Below are positions 19,505-28,982 of a stretch of DNA of 45,579 nt, piece after piece. The notes beneath the pieces were generated by a model. That model saw only the letters and a list, made by a program, of their open reading frames with translations. It was not told the DNA's origin and made no database searches. The stretch lies in contig JAOBWJ010000185.1 in assembly GCA_025463335.1 (NCBI GenBank), positions 1-45,579 of the forward strand, written 5' to 3'. The first letter of the stretch is position 1; every line of letters starts with the position of its first letter. This DNA comes from Acidimicrobiales bacterium (GTDB taxonomy: Bacteria; Actinomycetota; Acidimicrobiia; Acidimicrobiales; CADCSY01). The position numbers and the translations under genes were made by a program.

Positions 19505-20932
19505 ATGCGGTGGCGTGCGCTCGTCGTCCTCGTGGTCCTCGCCGCCGGTTGTGCCGGTGCCGGCGACGCTTCCTCAGCCCGGCAGGCCACCACGACCGGG
19601 TCGTCGACCACCACGAGCAGCTCCACGAGCACGACGTCCACGACGGTCGTGGCCGCCGTCGCCGGGCAACCGGCCACCGCGACCTGCCCGGCGGTCCCGG
19701 CGCGGGTCGGGCCCGACCCCGAACGGCCCCGGTACCGGCTGCGGCTCGACGTCCAGCCCGCCGGCAACGTGGTGACCGGCGACGTCACGGTGCGCTTCAC
19801 GCCCGACGTGGCGACCGACCGCCTCGTGTTCCGGCTCTGGCCGAACGGGCCCAAGCTCCAGGCCGAGGGAGCCCGTCTCGACGTCGGACCGGTCTCGCTC
19901 GATGGCGCAGCAGCGAAGCCCGGCGGCCTCCCGAACCCAACCACGCTGGTGGTCCCTCTGGGCCGCACGCTGGCCGCCCACCGGACGGTCACGGCCAGCC
20001 TGCCGTGGCGGCTCACCCTGCCGGGACTGGTCAGCGATCGCATCGCTCGCTCTGGTGACACCGTCAGGCTGGGTTCGTTCTTCCCGATCCTGGCCTGGGA
20101 GCCGGGGCGCGGGTGGGCCACCGAGCCGCCGACCACCAACTTCGCCGAAGCCTCGACGGCACCGACCGCCGACTTCGATCTCACCGTCACCACCCCGGCC
20201 GGGTTGCAGGTGCTGGCGTCCGGCGTGCCCGACGGCAACGGCCACTGGAAGGCGGATGCCGTCCGCGACGTGGGCGTGACCGTCGGGCGCTTCCGGCTGG
20301 CCGAGGGCATGGCCGGCGGGGTGCGAGTCACCGTGGGTGTCGACACCGGACTGCGAGACGACCCCCGGAGCTACCGCGACGTCGCCGTTCGGGCCATCGA
20401 TGACTTCAGCCGCCGATTCGGCCCCTACCCGTGGCCGACGTTCACGCTGTCGATCACCCCCGGACTGTCGGGTGGCATCGAGTACCCGACGCACGTGATG
20501 CAAGGCCCGAGCACGCAGGGACGCACGACGCCGCACGAGGTCGGGCACCAGTGGTTCTACTCCCTGGTCGGCAACGACCAGGGCCGGGACCCGTGGCTCG
20601 ACGAGGGCCTGGCCACCTGGGCCGAGGCCCGCTACCTCGGCAACCTGACCACGTTCCGGGGCCGCACGGTGCCGGCGGACGCCCGAGGCCGGACGGGTGC
20701 CCCGATGACGTACTGGAACGGGCGGTCGTCGTACTACGTCGGCGTCTACGTGCAGGGCGCCCAGGCCATCGCCGCCCTCGGCGACCCCGACCGGGTCGAC
20801 TGCGCCCTGCGCCACTACGTGGCCCGGAACGCCTACCGGGTGGCCCGGCCCGACGATCTCGTCAGTGGGGTCCGGGCGGTCTTCCCCGACGCCCGGGCCG
20901 TGCTGGCGCGCTACGGCGCCGTCGGGCGCTAG
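19505..20932 (+). CDS. M1-family zinc metallopeptidase, lipoprotein
   Basis: Lipobox AAGC; GGIEYP, HEVGHQWF (HExxH), PWLDEG, Y..G motif. Confidence 0.88.
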   Translation: MRWRALVVLVVLAAGCAGAGDASSARQATTTGSSTTTSSSTSTTSTTVVAAVAGQPATATCPAVPARVGPDPERPRYRLRLDVQPAGNVVTGDVTVRFTPDVATDRLVFRLWPNGPKLQAEGARLDVGPVSLDGAAAKPGGLPNPTTLVVPLGRTLAAHRTVTASLPWRLTLPGLVSDRIARSGDTVRLGSFFPILAWEPGRGWATEPPTTNFAEASTAPTADFDLTVTTPAGLQVLASGVPDGNGHWKADAVRDVGVTVGRFRLAEGMAGGVRVTVGVDTGLRDDPRSYRDVAVRAIDDFSRRFGPYPWPTFTLSITPGLSGGIEYPTHVMQGPSTQGRTTPHEVGHQWFYSLVGNDQGRDPWLDEGLATWAEARYLGNLTTFRGRTVPADARGRTGAPMTYWNGRSSYYVGVYVQGAQAIAALGDPDRVDCALRHYVARNAYRVARPDDLVSGVRAVFPDARAVLARYGAVGR

Positions 20933-21765
20933 CGCGAGCCGGGCGGGCGCTGGTCGCGCAGGAAGCGCTCGACCTCTTCGACCAGCGACGCGGGCGAGGG
21001 CACGCCGTCCTCTGAGTCGTAGCGCTCCTCGAGCCGCTCGACGTACTCGGTCATCTCCTCGTCGTCGGTCACCACCTCGGACACCTGGCGCTCGTAGGAG
21101 GCGGCGGCGATCTCGAGGTCGGTGGCCATGATCGGGATGTCGAGCAGATCACCGACCCGCTCGACCAGGGCGAGGGCGGCCTTGGGTGAAGGCGCGCCGG
21201 GCACGTAGGCGGAGACCGCCGCCCAGAGCGAGGCTGACTTCAGTCCGGCCTGGGCGCAGGCGTCGTGGATCACGCCGACGATGCCAGTGGGACCTTCGTA
21301 CTGCGAGACGGCCAGGCCACTGTCGGGGTCGTCGCCCGTGGCCATGATCGAGGTGGGGCGGGTGTGGGGCACTTCGGCCAGGAGCGCGCCCATGGTGATG
21401 AGCAGTTCGGCGTCGACCTCTCGGGCCACGCTGATGACCTGGTCGGTGAACGTCCGCCACCGCAACTGGGGCTCGGAGCCGAGGACGACGACGACGTCTC
21501 GGCCGGCCGCGCTGCCGGCGCTGAGCTCGGTGAGGGGCCAGTCGATGCGCCGCACGCCGTCGTCCAGTGCCACCTGGGGCCGGGTGGTGGTGAAGTCGAA
21601 GAACTCTTCCGGGTCGATCTCGGCGAACACCCGAGGCGCCCAGCGATCTCGCAGCCAGCGGGCGGCGGTGGTGGCGGCGTCACCAGCGTCGTTCCAACCC
21701 TCGAAGGCTGCGATCACGACCGGGCGACGGAGCGCCGGTCGGCTCGTCCAGCGGAGGTGCTCCAT
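20929..21765 (-). CDS. PAC2 family (proteasome assembly chaperone-like) protein
   Basis: AAFEGWNDAG, DPEEFFDF...RP, EPQLRWRTF, GALLAEVPHTRP, YEGPTGIVG, PSPKAALAL. Confidence 0.9.
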   Translation of the reverse strand: MEHLRWTSRPALRRPVVIAAFEGWNDAGDAATTAARWLRDRWAPRVFAEIDPEEFFDFTTTRPQVALDDGVRRIDWPLTELSAGSAAGRDVVVVLGSEPQLRWRTFTDQVISVAREVDAELLITMGALLAEVPHTRPTSIMATGDDPDSGLAVSQYEGPTGIVGVIHDACAQAGLKSASLWAAVSAYVPGAPSPKAALALVERVGDLLDIPIMATDLEIAAASYERQVSEVVTDDEEMTEYVERLEERYDSEDGVPSPASLVEEVERFLRDQRPPGSR

Positions 21766-21792
21766 GCCCCCGAGGGTACCGGGGGCCTCCCG

Positions 21793-21957
21793 CTAGGCGG
21801 CAGGCGCGGCGAGGGCAGGGTTGTCGATGGCCGCCATCCGTTCGACGAAGGCGGTCAGGGCCCGATCCTCGGCCTGGCGGGCGAGGAGGGCGTGCTCAGC
21901 GTTGCGAACGGCACCGGGGGTGCCGAGGCTGGCGAGCAGCGTGCGCAGCGTCTCCAT
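21793..21957 (-). CDS. Small hypothetical protein (54 aa)
   Basis: Own translation METLRTLLASLGTPGAVRNAEHALLARQAEDRALTAFVERMAAIDNPALAAPAA; CACAGT -10 lies 6 nt upstream of the ATG. Confidence 0.55.
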   Translation of the reverse strand: METLRTLLASLGTPGAVRNAEHALLARQAEDRALTAFVERMAAIDNPALAAPAA

Positions 21958-22079
21958 GGGGGGACTGTGACGGATGCACGTGGCGGGCGATCGACGGAGC
22001 GGTGACCATCAGATGTGGGCGGGCTGAACATTTTCTGGCCAGACGTAAGCTCGCTCCCCAGACAGCCGAGGAGGCACCC

Positions 22080-23615
22080 GTGTCCGCAGCACCCCGTCGC
22101 ACTGTGGGTGAGCTGATGAGCAGCCCGCCGGTGACCGCCAGCTCGTCCGAGACCGTGGCCGAGGCGGCCGCCCGCATGGCCGACCACAAGGTCGGATCCG
22201 TGGTGGTCGTCGATGGTGATCGAACCACCGGCATCCTCACCGAGCGCGACCTGATCCGCTTCGCCGCAACCGGGGCCGAGGCCCACGGCACCAAGGTCTC
22301 GGAGTGGATGACCGAGCATCCCGACGTGGTCGCGCCCGGACTCGACGTGGCCGACGCCCTGGCCAGCCTCTCGTCCCATGGTTACCGCCACATCCCGGTC
22401 GTCGACGCCGGCGCCCTGGTCGGCGTGGTGTCGATGCGAGATCTCATGCGGGTCGCCCAGGTCCAGCCCGTCGTGCACCCCGGCACCATCGAGGCCCCGC
22501 CCGGGCTCGAGGGCGTGATCGTCGCCGACACCGAGGTGGGCGACGTGCGGGGAACCGAGGGCTTCTACCACTACCGCCAGTACAACGCCGTAGAGCTGGC
22601 CGACAAGCGGTCGCTCGAGGACGTGTGGCACCTGCTGTTCGAGGGCGAGCTGCCGACGGACGCCCAGCGGGCCTCCTTCCTGGCCGAGATCCGGGCGGCT
22701 CGGGAGATCCCGGCTTCGGTGCTCGAGGTCTATCCGCAGATCGCCCGGGCGTCGTCGAACGTCATGGAGGCCGTGCGCACGGCGGTGTCGTTCCTCGGCG
22801 GGGTGGAGGGCTTCCAGCCCACGCTCGACATCGACCATGCCGAGCGTCGGCGCAATGCCCTGCAGACGTGCGCCGTCATCCCCACGCTGATCATGGCGGC
22901 CCACCGGCTGCGGTCAGGGCAGGAGCCGATCGCCCCGCATCCCGAGCTCGGCTACGGCGCCAACTACCTCTGGATGCTCCATGGCGAGATCCCCGATCCC
23001 GACGTGGCGCGGGCTGTCGAGCAGTACCAGATGACCACGATCGACCATGGCTTCAACGCTTCGACGTTCACCGCCCGGGTCATCACGTCCTCGGGTGCCG
23101 ACGTGGCCGCCGCCGTGGTGGGGGGCATCGGCGCGCTGTCCGGCCCGTTGCACGGCGGGGCGCCCAGCCGGGCCCTCGACCTGCTCGACGCCATCGGCAC
23201 GCCCGAGAACGCCCGCCCCTACCTGATCGAGGCCGTCCAGCGGGGCGAGAAGATCATGGGGTTCGGCCACCGGGTCTACAAGACCGACGACCCCCGCTCG
23301 GTGTTCCTGCGGGGCGTGGCCGAGCGGGTCGGCGCCGAGAAGATCACGTTCGCCAAGCAGGTCGAGCAGACGGTGGTCGACGTCCTGGCCGAGCTGAAGC
23401 CGGGCCGCAACCTGTACGCCAACGTCGAGTTCTACGCCGGTGTGGTGATGGATCACTGCGGGCTGCCGCGGGAGCTGTTCACGCCCACGTTCGCCTCGAG
23501 TCGGGTCATCGGGTGGTGCGCCAACATCCTCGAGCAGGCGGCCGACAACCGGATCATCCGTCCCAGCGCTCGCTACGTGGGCGCGCCGCCGCCCCAGCCC
23601 GTCCCGGAGGCCTGA
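22080..23615 (+). CDS. Citrate synthase (type I / methylcitrate-like) with an N-terminal CBS pair
   Basis: TVGELMSSPP...GILTERD...YRHIPVV..GVVSMRDL (CBS pair) followed by GLEGV, DHGFNASTF, GPLHGGA, IMGFGHRVYK, ANVEFY; SD GAGGAGG. Confidence 0.92.
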   Translation: MSAAPRRTVGELMSSPPVTASSSETVAEAAARMADHKVGSVVVVDGDRTTGILTERDLIRFAATGAEAHGTKVSEWMTEHPDVVAPGLDVADALASLSSHGYRHIPVVDAGALVGVVSMRDLMRVAQVQPVVHPGTIEAPPGLEGVIVADTEVGDVRGTEGFYHYRQYNAVELADKRSLEDVWHLLFEGELPTDAQRASFLAEIRAAREIPASVLEVYPQIARASSNVMEAVRTAVSFLGGVEGFQPTLDIDHAERRRNALQTCAVIPTLIMAAHRLRSGQEPIAPHPELGYGANYLWMLHGEIPDPDVARAVEQYQMTTIDHGFNASTFTARVITSSGADVAAAVVGGIGALSGPLHGGAPSRALDLLDAIGTPENARPYLIEAVQRGEKIMGFGHRVYKTDDPRSVFLRGVAERVGAEKITFAKQVEQTVVDVLAELKPGRNLYANVEFYAGVVMDHCGLPRELFTPTFASSRVIGWCANILEQAADNRIIRPSARYVGAPPPQPVPEA

Positions 23616-24055
23616 TGCCCGTCACGGTCGAGGAAGCCGGTGCCGTCACGCCCGACCTCGTGGAGGCGTTCGAGCGCCTGGTCCCGCAGCTCTCCCGTTC
23701 GTCGCGCCCGCCCACCGAGGCCGAGGTGCAGGAGATGGTCGACGCCCCCGGCACCCATGTGCTGGTGGCCCGGGGTGAGGACGGAAAGCTCCTCGGCAGC
23801 CTCACCCTGGTGATCTTCCGCATCCCGACGGCCATGCGGGCGTGGATCGAGGACGTGGTCGTCGACGAGGCCGGCCGAGGCCAGGGGGTGGGCGAGGCAC
23901 TCAACCGTCACGCCCTCGACCTCGCCCGCAGCCAGGGCTGCAAGACGGTCGACCTCACCTCCCGGCCCTCTCGGGAGGCAGCCAACCGGCTCTACCAGCG
24001 CCTCGGCTTCCAGCTGCGGGAGACGAACGTGTATCGGTACGACTTGGACGGCTGA
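23615..24055 (+). CDS. GNAT family N-acetyltransferase
   Basis: RAWIEDVVVD..GRGQGVG, VDLTSRPSREAANRLYQRLGF; TGATG coupling. Confidence 0.9.
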   Translation: MPVTVEEAGAVTPDLVEAFERLVPQLSRSSRPPTEAEVQEMVDAPGTHVLVARGEDGKLLGSLTLVIFRIPTAMRAWIEDVVVDEAGRGQGVGEALNRHALDLARSQGCKTVDLTSRPSREAANRLYQRLGFQLRETNVYRYDLDG

Positions 24056-24121
24056 GCCCCCGGGCCATTGCGGTGACGGACGTCCTCCCCGGGTTCTGGT
24101 CACCGTCAGCACGGCACTCCG

Positions 24122-24913
24122 CTAACGGCGCTGCACCAGCTGGGACGTGGAGGCAACGGCGAAGATGCCAGAGCTGTCGGACAACGTGGCCGACGAGATC
24201 CCCCGGCCGATCGCTGCTTCGAAGCGGGTTTCGCCGGTCACCGCGATCCACTCACCTGCGGGTGGACGCAGAACGTGGGCGGTCACGTCGGGGTTGATCA
24301 TCGTCATCGTCGGCATCGCCCGTTCCATGTCGGCGTTGATGAGCTGGGCGAAGTCGAAGCCGACTGCCATGCACGAGGTGGCGCGGATGGGTTCACCGGC
24401 GACGACCGGCACCGCCAGACGGATCCACACCCCCTTCCCCGGCGCCTTCCGCATCTCGATGCCGCGCAGGAAGCCGGGCGCGCCGGCCGCCTCGCCAAGG
24501 CGGTCGCACCGCTCCGGCGGGGGCAGCTGCGTGTTCGGGTCGGCGAGCGAGGTGCCCGCCAGCAGCTCCGCCCCCTCGTCCCCGAGGTCATCCACCCGCA
24601 AGCGGAGCGCCGTCGCCCGGACGTGCACGAGGTCATGGGTCAGCAGCTCCAGGAGCACGACCTGGATCTTCTTGCCCTCCCGGACGACCGTCGACCGCAC
24701 CACGAGCCGGGGGCCGATCGGAACCGGCCGCACGAGATCGACCGTCAGCCGTGCCACGCCCATGGGCACCAACGTCGGCACGTCCTCGAGGCAGTGGCCG
24801 AGCAGCGCGAGCACGACGGCACCGTTCTGCGCTCCGGGGTCCCAGCCGCCCTGGGTCAGGATCGTGCCGACGAACCCGTCGCCGTCGGGGAGATAGAGGG
24901 CCGGTTCTTCCAC
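24122..24913 (-). CDS. Acyl-CoA thioesterase-like (double hot-dog) protein
   Basis: GGWDPGAQNG, RLTVDLVRPVP, VREGKKIQV, INPDVTAHVLRPP.GEW; start uncertain. Confidence 0.8.
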   Translation of the reverse strand: MEEPALYLPDGDGFVGTILTQGGWDPGAQNGAVVLALLGHCLEDVPTLVPMGVARLTVDLVRPVPIGPRLVVRSTVVREGKKIQVVLLELLTHDLVHVRATALRLRVDDLGDEGAELLAGTSLADPNTQLPPPERCDRLGEAAGAPGFLRGIEMRKAPGKGVWIRLAVPVVAGEPIRATSCMAVGFDFAQLINADMERAMPTMTMINPDVTAHVLRPPAGEWIAVTGETRFEAAIGRGISSATLSDSSGIFAVASTSQLVQRR

Positions 24914-24974
24914 GACCCCACCCTCGCGCACGGCGAGGCCCGCTCCGCTACTGCCTGACCTTTCCGCCGTACGG

Positions 24975-27179
24975 TCAGACGACGTGGCGGTCCCGGGCTG
25001 CTTGAACAGCGGCTTTGCGGTCGCCCACGCCGAGCTTCCGATAGATGGCCCGGCAGTGGGTCTTGACCGTGTTGAGGGACACGAAGAGCTCTGAGGCGAT
25101 CTCGCGTTGCGACATCTTGGATGGCAGGTACCGCAGCACCGATAGCTCGCGGTCGGTGAGTTGATCGCCGATGGCGCCGCGGTTGGTCGTTGTTTGTTCG
25201 GCGAAGCCGTGGCGCGACTCGGCACGTGCGAGGTAGCGACCGGCGATGCCGGGATCGGGGAGCCGATCGATGACCGTCCGAGCTTCGGTGAGGAGCGTCT
25301 TGCCAGTCGCGTCACCGAGCTCGAGGAGCGTGTCACCGCACACGGCGAGCACGTAGGCGAGCACAAGCTGGGTCGACGAGCGTCTGGCTGCGTCCACGGC
25401 GTGCGACGCGTCGGCTCCCGGTTGCTCGCTGCCGGTGCGCGACCGGATCGCATAGGCGGGCGCGACGCTGTGGTAGGTGGTGAGGCCGTACGCCTCGGCA
25501 GTGGCGATGGCTGTTGACGCAGCTGCGTGCGCGCTGGATGCCGGTCCGTCCTCGAACTCCACGATGGCGAGGTGTGTGAGCGCGTTCAGCTCGACGGCTC
25601 CGACCCGTTCCACGACCGCCTTCTGCACGGCGAGTCGGAGGACCCGGCGGGCGTCGTTGTGGCGCCCCGCCCAGGCGTAGGCGGCACCGGCGGCCGAGGC
25701 TCGGGTGCACGAGTGCGCCGAAAGCTGGTCGGTGGCCTCCAGCTCATGCGCGGCGGCGAGTGCGGTCGCGACATCTCCTCGAGCGAGGGCATTGTTCATG
25801 CGCGGCGCGATCGCGAACGCCTGGTCGAAGTCGTCAGTGGCGACCTCGGCCATGGTGTCGAGCCATCGGTCGGATTCGTCGTAACGGCCGGCAAGGAACT
25901 CGCACCAGCCGTAGAGCAACGCCGGCCACGCAGACGTTCGGGCGGTGTCGCCGAGCTTCTCGAGGATGTGGCGGAGCGTGTCGCTCTGACCGTCGGCAAG
26001 GAGGCGCGGTCCGTGCGCGCTCAACAGGTCGGCCGCCTGGTGCACGGCCCCGGCGGCGAGCCAGTGGAAGATGGCTTGGCCGTTGTCGCCCTGCGATGCG
26101 AACCAGGCCGCGGCACGAGCGTGGAGCTCGCCGATCCGCTCCGGGAAGGCGCGTTGCGCTTCCAGCCGAAGGAGGTCGCGGAGGAGGTGGTGGTAGCGGA
26201 ACCACGTACCAGTCCGGTCGAGCGCGATGACGAGTTGATTGCTGCGGGCCGTATCCCGGAGCCACGTCGCGCCTCCTGCCGTGCCGGTAGCAGCGTCGAC
26301 GAGGTCGCCGCTCATCTGATCGAGCACGGAGGTCTCGAGGAGCATCCGGCGGTCGTCAGCGCCGACACTCGTGAGCAGCTCGTCCCGCAGGTACTCGACG
26401 ACGAGTTGATCGTCACCCCGGAACGCCTCGACGAACGCTGCACGGTCGGACGACCGCTCCAGCGAGAGGCCGGCGAGGATGAGCCCGGCAGCCCAACCCT
26501 CCGTGCGGCCGCACAGCTGGCCGGCCAGCTCCCGTTCGAGTGGGCGGGATGCGGAACCCAGCAAGTTCGACGCCTCGTCGACGTCGAACCGAAGATCGTC
26601 AGCACGTACCTCTGCGAGACGATCGCGCACGCGGAGCCGGCCGAGCCGGAACGGAGGGTCGAAGCGCGTGGCGAGCACGATCGTGACCTGGGTCGGGCAC
26701 AGGTCGATGAGACGCTCCATCCCCCGGTGGATGTCGAGGTTGTCGATCAGGTGGTAGTCATCGATGACAACGATGAGCGGTTCGAGGACGACGGCGAGCG
26801 CGTTCACCAGCGCTGAGACGACGACCTCGTCGTCGCCCTGCGATCCAGCGATGGCCGCCGTCAGCTCGACCACGGGGATCGCACGCGCCAGGGCGATGGC
26901 CTGGATGAGGTAGGCCCAGAAGCGGGCGGCATCGGAGTCGCGCTCCTCCACCTGCAGCCAAGCAACGCCGCCCGGTCGGTCGGCCGACCAGGCGGCGACG
27001 AGGGTGGACTTGCCGGAGCCCGCTGGGGCACTCACGAGCAGGAGCCGAGCCCGGCCACGCTCGACCTCGGCGTCCAACGCGTCGTCGAGGCGTGACCGAC
27101 GAACGAGCCGGCGAGGTGGCAGCGGTGGGCGGAGCTTGGTTGCCGCCGGGCCCGCCTCAGACCCGTGGTTCACCCCCAC
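24975..27179 (-). CDS. MalT-like LuxR family ATP-binding transcriptional regulator
   Basis: TKLRPP, Walker A APAGSGKST, IDDYH, TEGWAAGL, WFRYHHL; C-terminal LTDRELSVL...SLNTVKTH HTH; start may be 27173. Confidence 0.92.
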   Translation of the reverse strand: MGVNHGSEAGPAATKLRPPLPPRRLVRRSRLDDALDAEVERGRARLLLVSAPAGSGKSTLVAAWSADRPGGVAWLQVEERDSDAARFWAYLIQAIALARAIPVVELTAAIAGSQGDDEVVVSALVNALAVVLEPLIVVIDDYHLIDNLDIHRGMERLIDLCPTQVTIVLATRFDPPFRLGRLRVRDRLAEVRADDLRFDVDEASNLLGSASRPLERELAGQLCGRTEGWAAGLILAGLSLERSSDRAAFVEAFRGDDQLVVEYLRDELLTSVGADDRRMLLETSVLDQMSGDLVDAATGTAGGATWLRDTARSNQLVIALDRTGTWFRYHHLLRDLLRLEAQRAFPERIGELHARAAAWFASQGDNGQAIFHWLAAGAVHQAADLLSAHGPRLLADGQSDTLRHILEKLGDTARTSAWPALLYGWCEFLAGRYDESDRWLDTMAEVATDDFDQAFAIAPRMNNALARGDVATALAAAHELEATDQLSAHSCTRASAAGAAYAWAGRHNDARRVLRLAVQKAVVERVGAVELNALTHLAIVEFEDGPASSAHAAASTAIATAEAYGLTTYHSVAPAYAIRSRTGSEQPGADASHAVDAARRSSTQLVLAYVLAVCGDTLLELGDATGKTLLTEARTVIDRLPDPGIAGRYLARAESRHGFAEQTTTNRGAIGDQLTDRELSVLRYLPSKMSQREIASELFVSLNTVKTHCRAIYRKLGVGDRKAAVQAARDRHVV

Positions 27180-27247
27180 ACGGTACGGCGACTCACCGGA
27201 TGAGACCGCTGAACGTGAACACCCGCCGCGTCGGGGAGACTGTGGGG

Positions 27248-27508
27248 GTGGCGTGGCACAAGTTCGTCGAGGACGAGTCGTACGAGGTCGGCAAGGTCGC
27301 CAGCGCGATCCGGAAGCACCTCGACGCAGGTGGCGTCGACGACACCGCCCTCAAGCGCACGCACCTCTCCGTGATCGAGCGGGCTGCGGGGCCGCTGACG
27401 TTCGCCCCCGACGGCTGGGACCACGAGGACGTGGGGTGGGAGCGGTCGCCGATGAACGCCCGGGCGTGGGTGGACGCCACGGGCGCTCGGCTCCGCGGTC
27501 CCGACTGA
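27248..27508 (+). CDS. Small hypothetical protein
   Basis: MAWHKFVEDESYEVGKVASAIRKHL...; GC-typical codons; alternative start 27200. Confidence 0.5.
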   Translation: MAWHKFVEDESYEVGKVASAIRKHLDAGGVDDTALKRTHLSVIERAAGPLTFAPDGWDHEDVGWERSPMNARAWVDATGARLRGPD

Positions 27509-27521
27509 GCCCCCGCTCCCG

Positions 27522-28025
27522 TCAGGCCGGCGCGGCCCCGGTGCCGAGCAGGTCGTCGATCTGCGAGATCGCCTCCGTCATGCCCTCGACCATCCCCATG
27601 GCGATCATCTGATCCATGGCCTCGGCCGACGGGAACGCGGTTCGGATCGCCATCCGGGTGCGACCGTCGAGCTGCTCGTCGAGGGCGACGCGGATGGTTG
27701 TCGTCGGCATGTCCGGGTTCGGGACGCCGGCCTCGTCGGCGAAGCCGTCCTCGAACTCGAGGTGGTGTGGCGCGTCGACGGCGAGCACTCGCCAGTAGCC
27801 CCGCGGCTGGTCGCCCTCCGGACCCGTCATGAGGTAGTTGACGGTCCCGCCGGGGCGGAGGTCGTGGTCGACCACGGTGGCCGGGTAGGTCGGCGGGCCC
27901 CACCACCGCTCGAGCTGGCGGGGGTCAGCCCAGAGCTGCCACACCCGTTCGACTGGCGCGGCGAACTCCGCCGTGATCGTCATGGTCCTGGTCTCGGTGT
28001 CCTTGTGAACGTCGGTCACGCTCAT
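27522..28025 (-). CDS. SRPBCC/AHSA1 domain protein
   Basis: APVERVWQLWADP..LERWWGP, DLRPGG...Y.MTGPEG, F.DGFAD, GM.EG; SD AAGGAG. Confidence 0.9.
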   Translation of the reverse strand: MSVTDVHKDTETRTMTITAEFAAPVERVWQLWADPRQLERWWGPPTYPATVVDHDLRPGGTVNYLMTGPEGDQPRGYWRVLAVDAPHHLEFEDGFADEAGVPNPDMPTTTIRVALDEQLDGRTRMAIRTAFPSAEAMDQMIAMGMVEGMTEAISQIDDLLGTGAAPA

Positions 28026-28036
28026 GCTGGGCTCCT

Positions 28037-28375
28037 TCAGGTTGCTTTGTCGGCGAGGATCTCGCCGATCCGGTCGATCCGGCCGCGCCACAGCGTTTCG
28101 AGCTGGTCGAGCACGTGGGCGGCCTTGCTGATGGTGTCGACGTTGCCGCTGACGAGCTGCTCGCGGCCCCGACGCCGCTTGGTCACGAGCTCGGCGCCTT
28201 GGAGCACGGCAACGTGCTTCTGGACGGCGGCGAAGCTCATCGGATAGAGGCGGGCGAGGGCGGAGACGGAGTGCTCGTCTCGCAGGGTGCGCGCCACGAT
28301 GTCGCGCCGGGTGGCGTCGGCGAGCGCATGGAAGATGCGGTCCATCTGCTCCCGGTCGGCAAGACGTACAACCAT
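28037..28375 (-). CDS. ArsR family transcriptional regulator
   Basis: MVV start inside the operator; FHALADATRRDI, MSFAAVQKHVAVL. Confidence 0.9.
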   Translation of the reverse strand: MVVRLADREQMDRIFHALADATRRDIVARTLRDEHSVSALARLYPMSFAAVQKHVAVLQGAELVTKRRRGREQLVSGNVDTISKAAHVLDQLETLWRGRIDRIGEILADKAT

Positions 28376-28384
28376 ACAGTTGTA
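28367..28384. promoter_or_regulatory. ArsR operator palindrome TACAAC-N6-GTTGTA
   Basis: Perfect 6-6-6 inverted repeat overlapping the ArsR start codon. Confidence 0.75.
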
Positions 28385-28441
28385 GATTATGGCGGGCCGG
28401 GCTCGTGTGCAAGGGGGTCGGGCGCCCTGCTCCACGAATCG

Positions 28442-28906
28442 TCAGGCCGTAGCCGATCGGTGGCGAAGCACCTCGAGGGCGCTGTCGGCGTGGCTGTTCA
28501 TGTTCATCTGGCTATCGAGCACGGCCAGGACGGTGCGGTCAGTGTCGATGACGAACGTGGTGCGGCGATTCGGTCCGACGACGCGGAGCATCCGCTTCAC
28601 GCCCAGCGATTCGGCCACGGCGCGGTCGGGATCCGAGAGCAGCGGGAAGTCGAACGTGTGCTTCTCGGAGAACGCGCGCTGCTTGTCGACATGGTCGGCG
28701 CTGATGCCCACCCGCTGGGCCCCGACGGCGGCGAACTCGCTCTGGAGATCCCGAAAGTGGCAGCTCTCCCTGGTGCAACCAGGCGTCATTGCGGCCGGAT
28801 AGAAGAACAGCACCACCGGGCCAGCAGCGAGAAGGTCGCTCAGCCGGCGAGGCGCCCCGGTCTCGTCGGGCAGCTCGAAGTCGGGAACGACGTCACCTGG
28901 CTGCAT
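28442..28906 (-). CDS. bcp: Peroxiredoxin, BCP/PrxQ family
   Basis: PDFELPD, FFYPAAMTPGCTRESCHFRD, FPLLSD, RTTFVID; SD AAGGAG. Confidence 0.92.
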   Translation of the reverse strand: MQPGDVVPDFELPDETGAPRRLSDLLAAGPVVLFFYPAAMTPGCTRESCHFRDLQSEFAAVGAQRVGISADHVDKQRAFSEKHTFDFPLLSDPDRAVAESLGVKRMLRVVGPNRRTTFVIDTDRTVLAVLDSQMNMNSHADSALEVLRHRSATA

Positions 28907-28982
28907 CGGATCTCCTTGGTCGACCATCGCCGCCACTGGCGACAGCCGCGACAGTCTGTCGGTCGCGGCTCGCCGATGGGCG

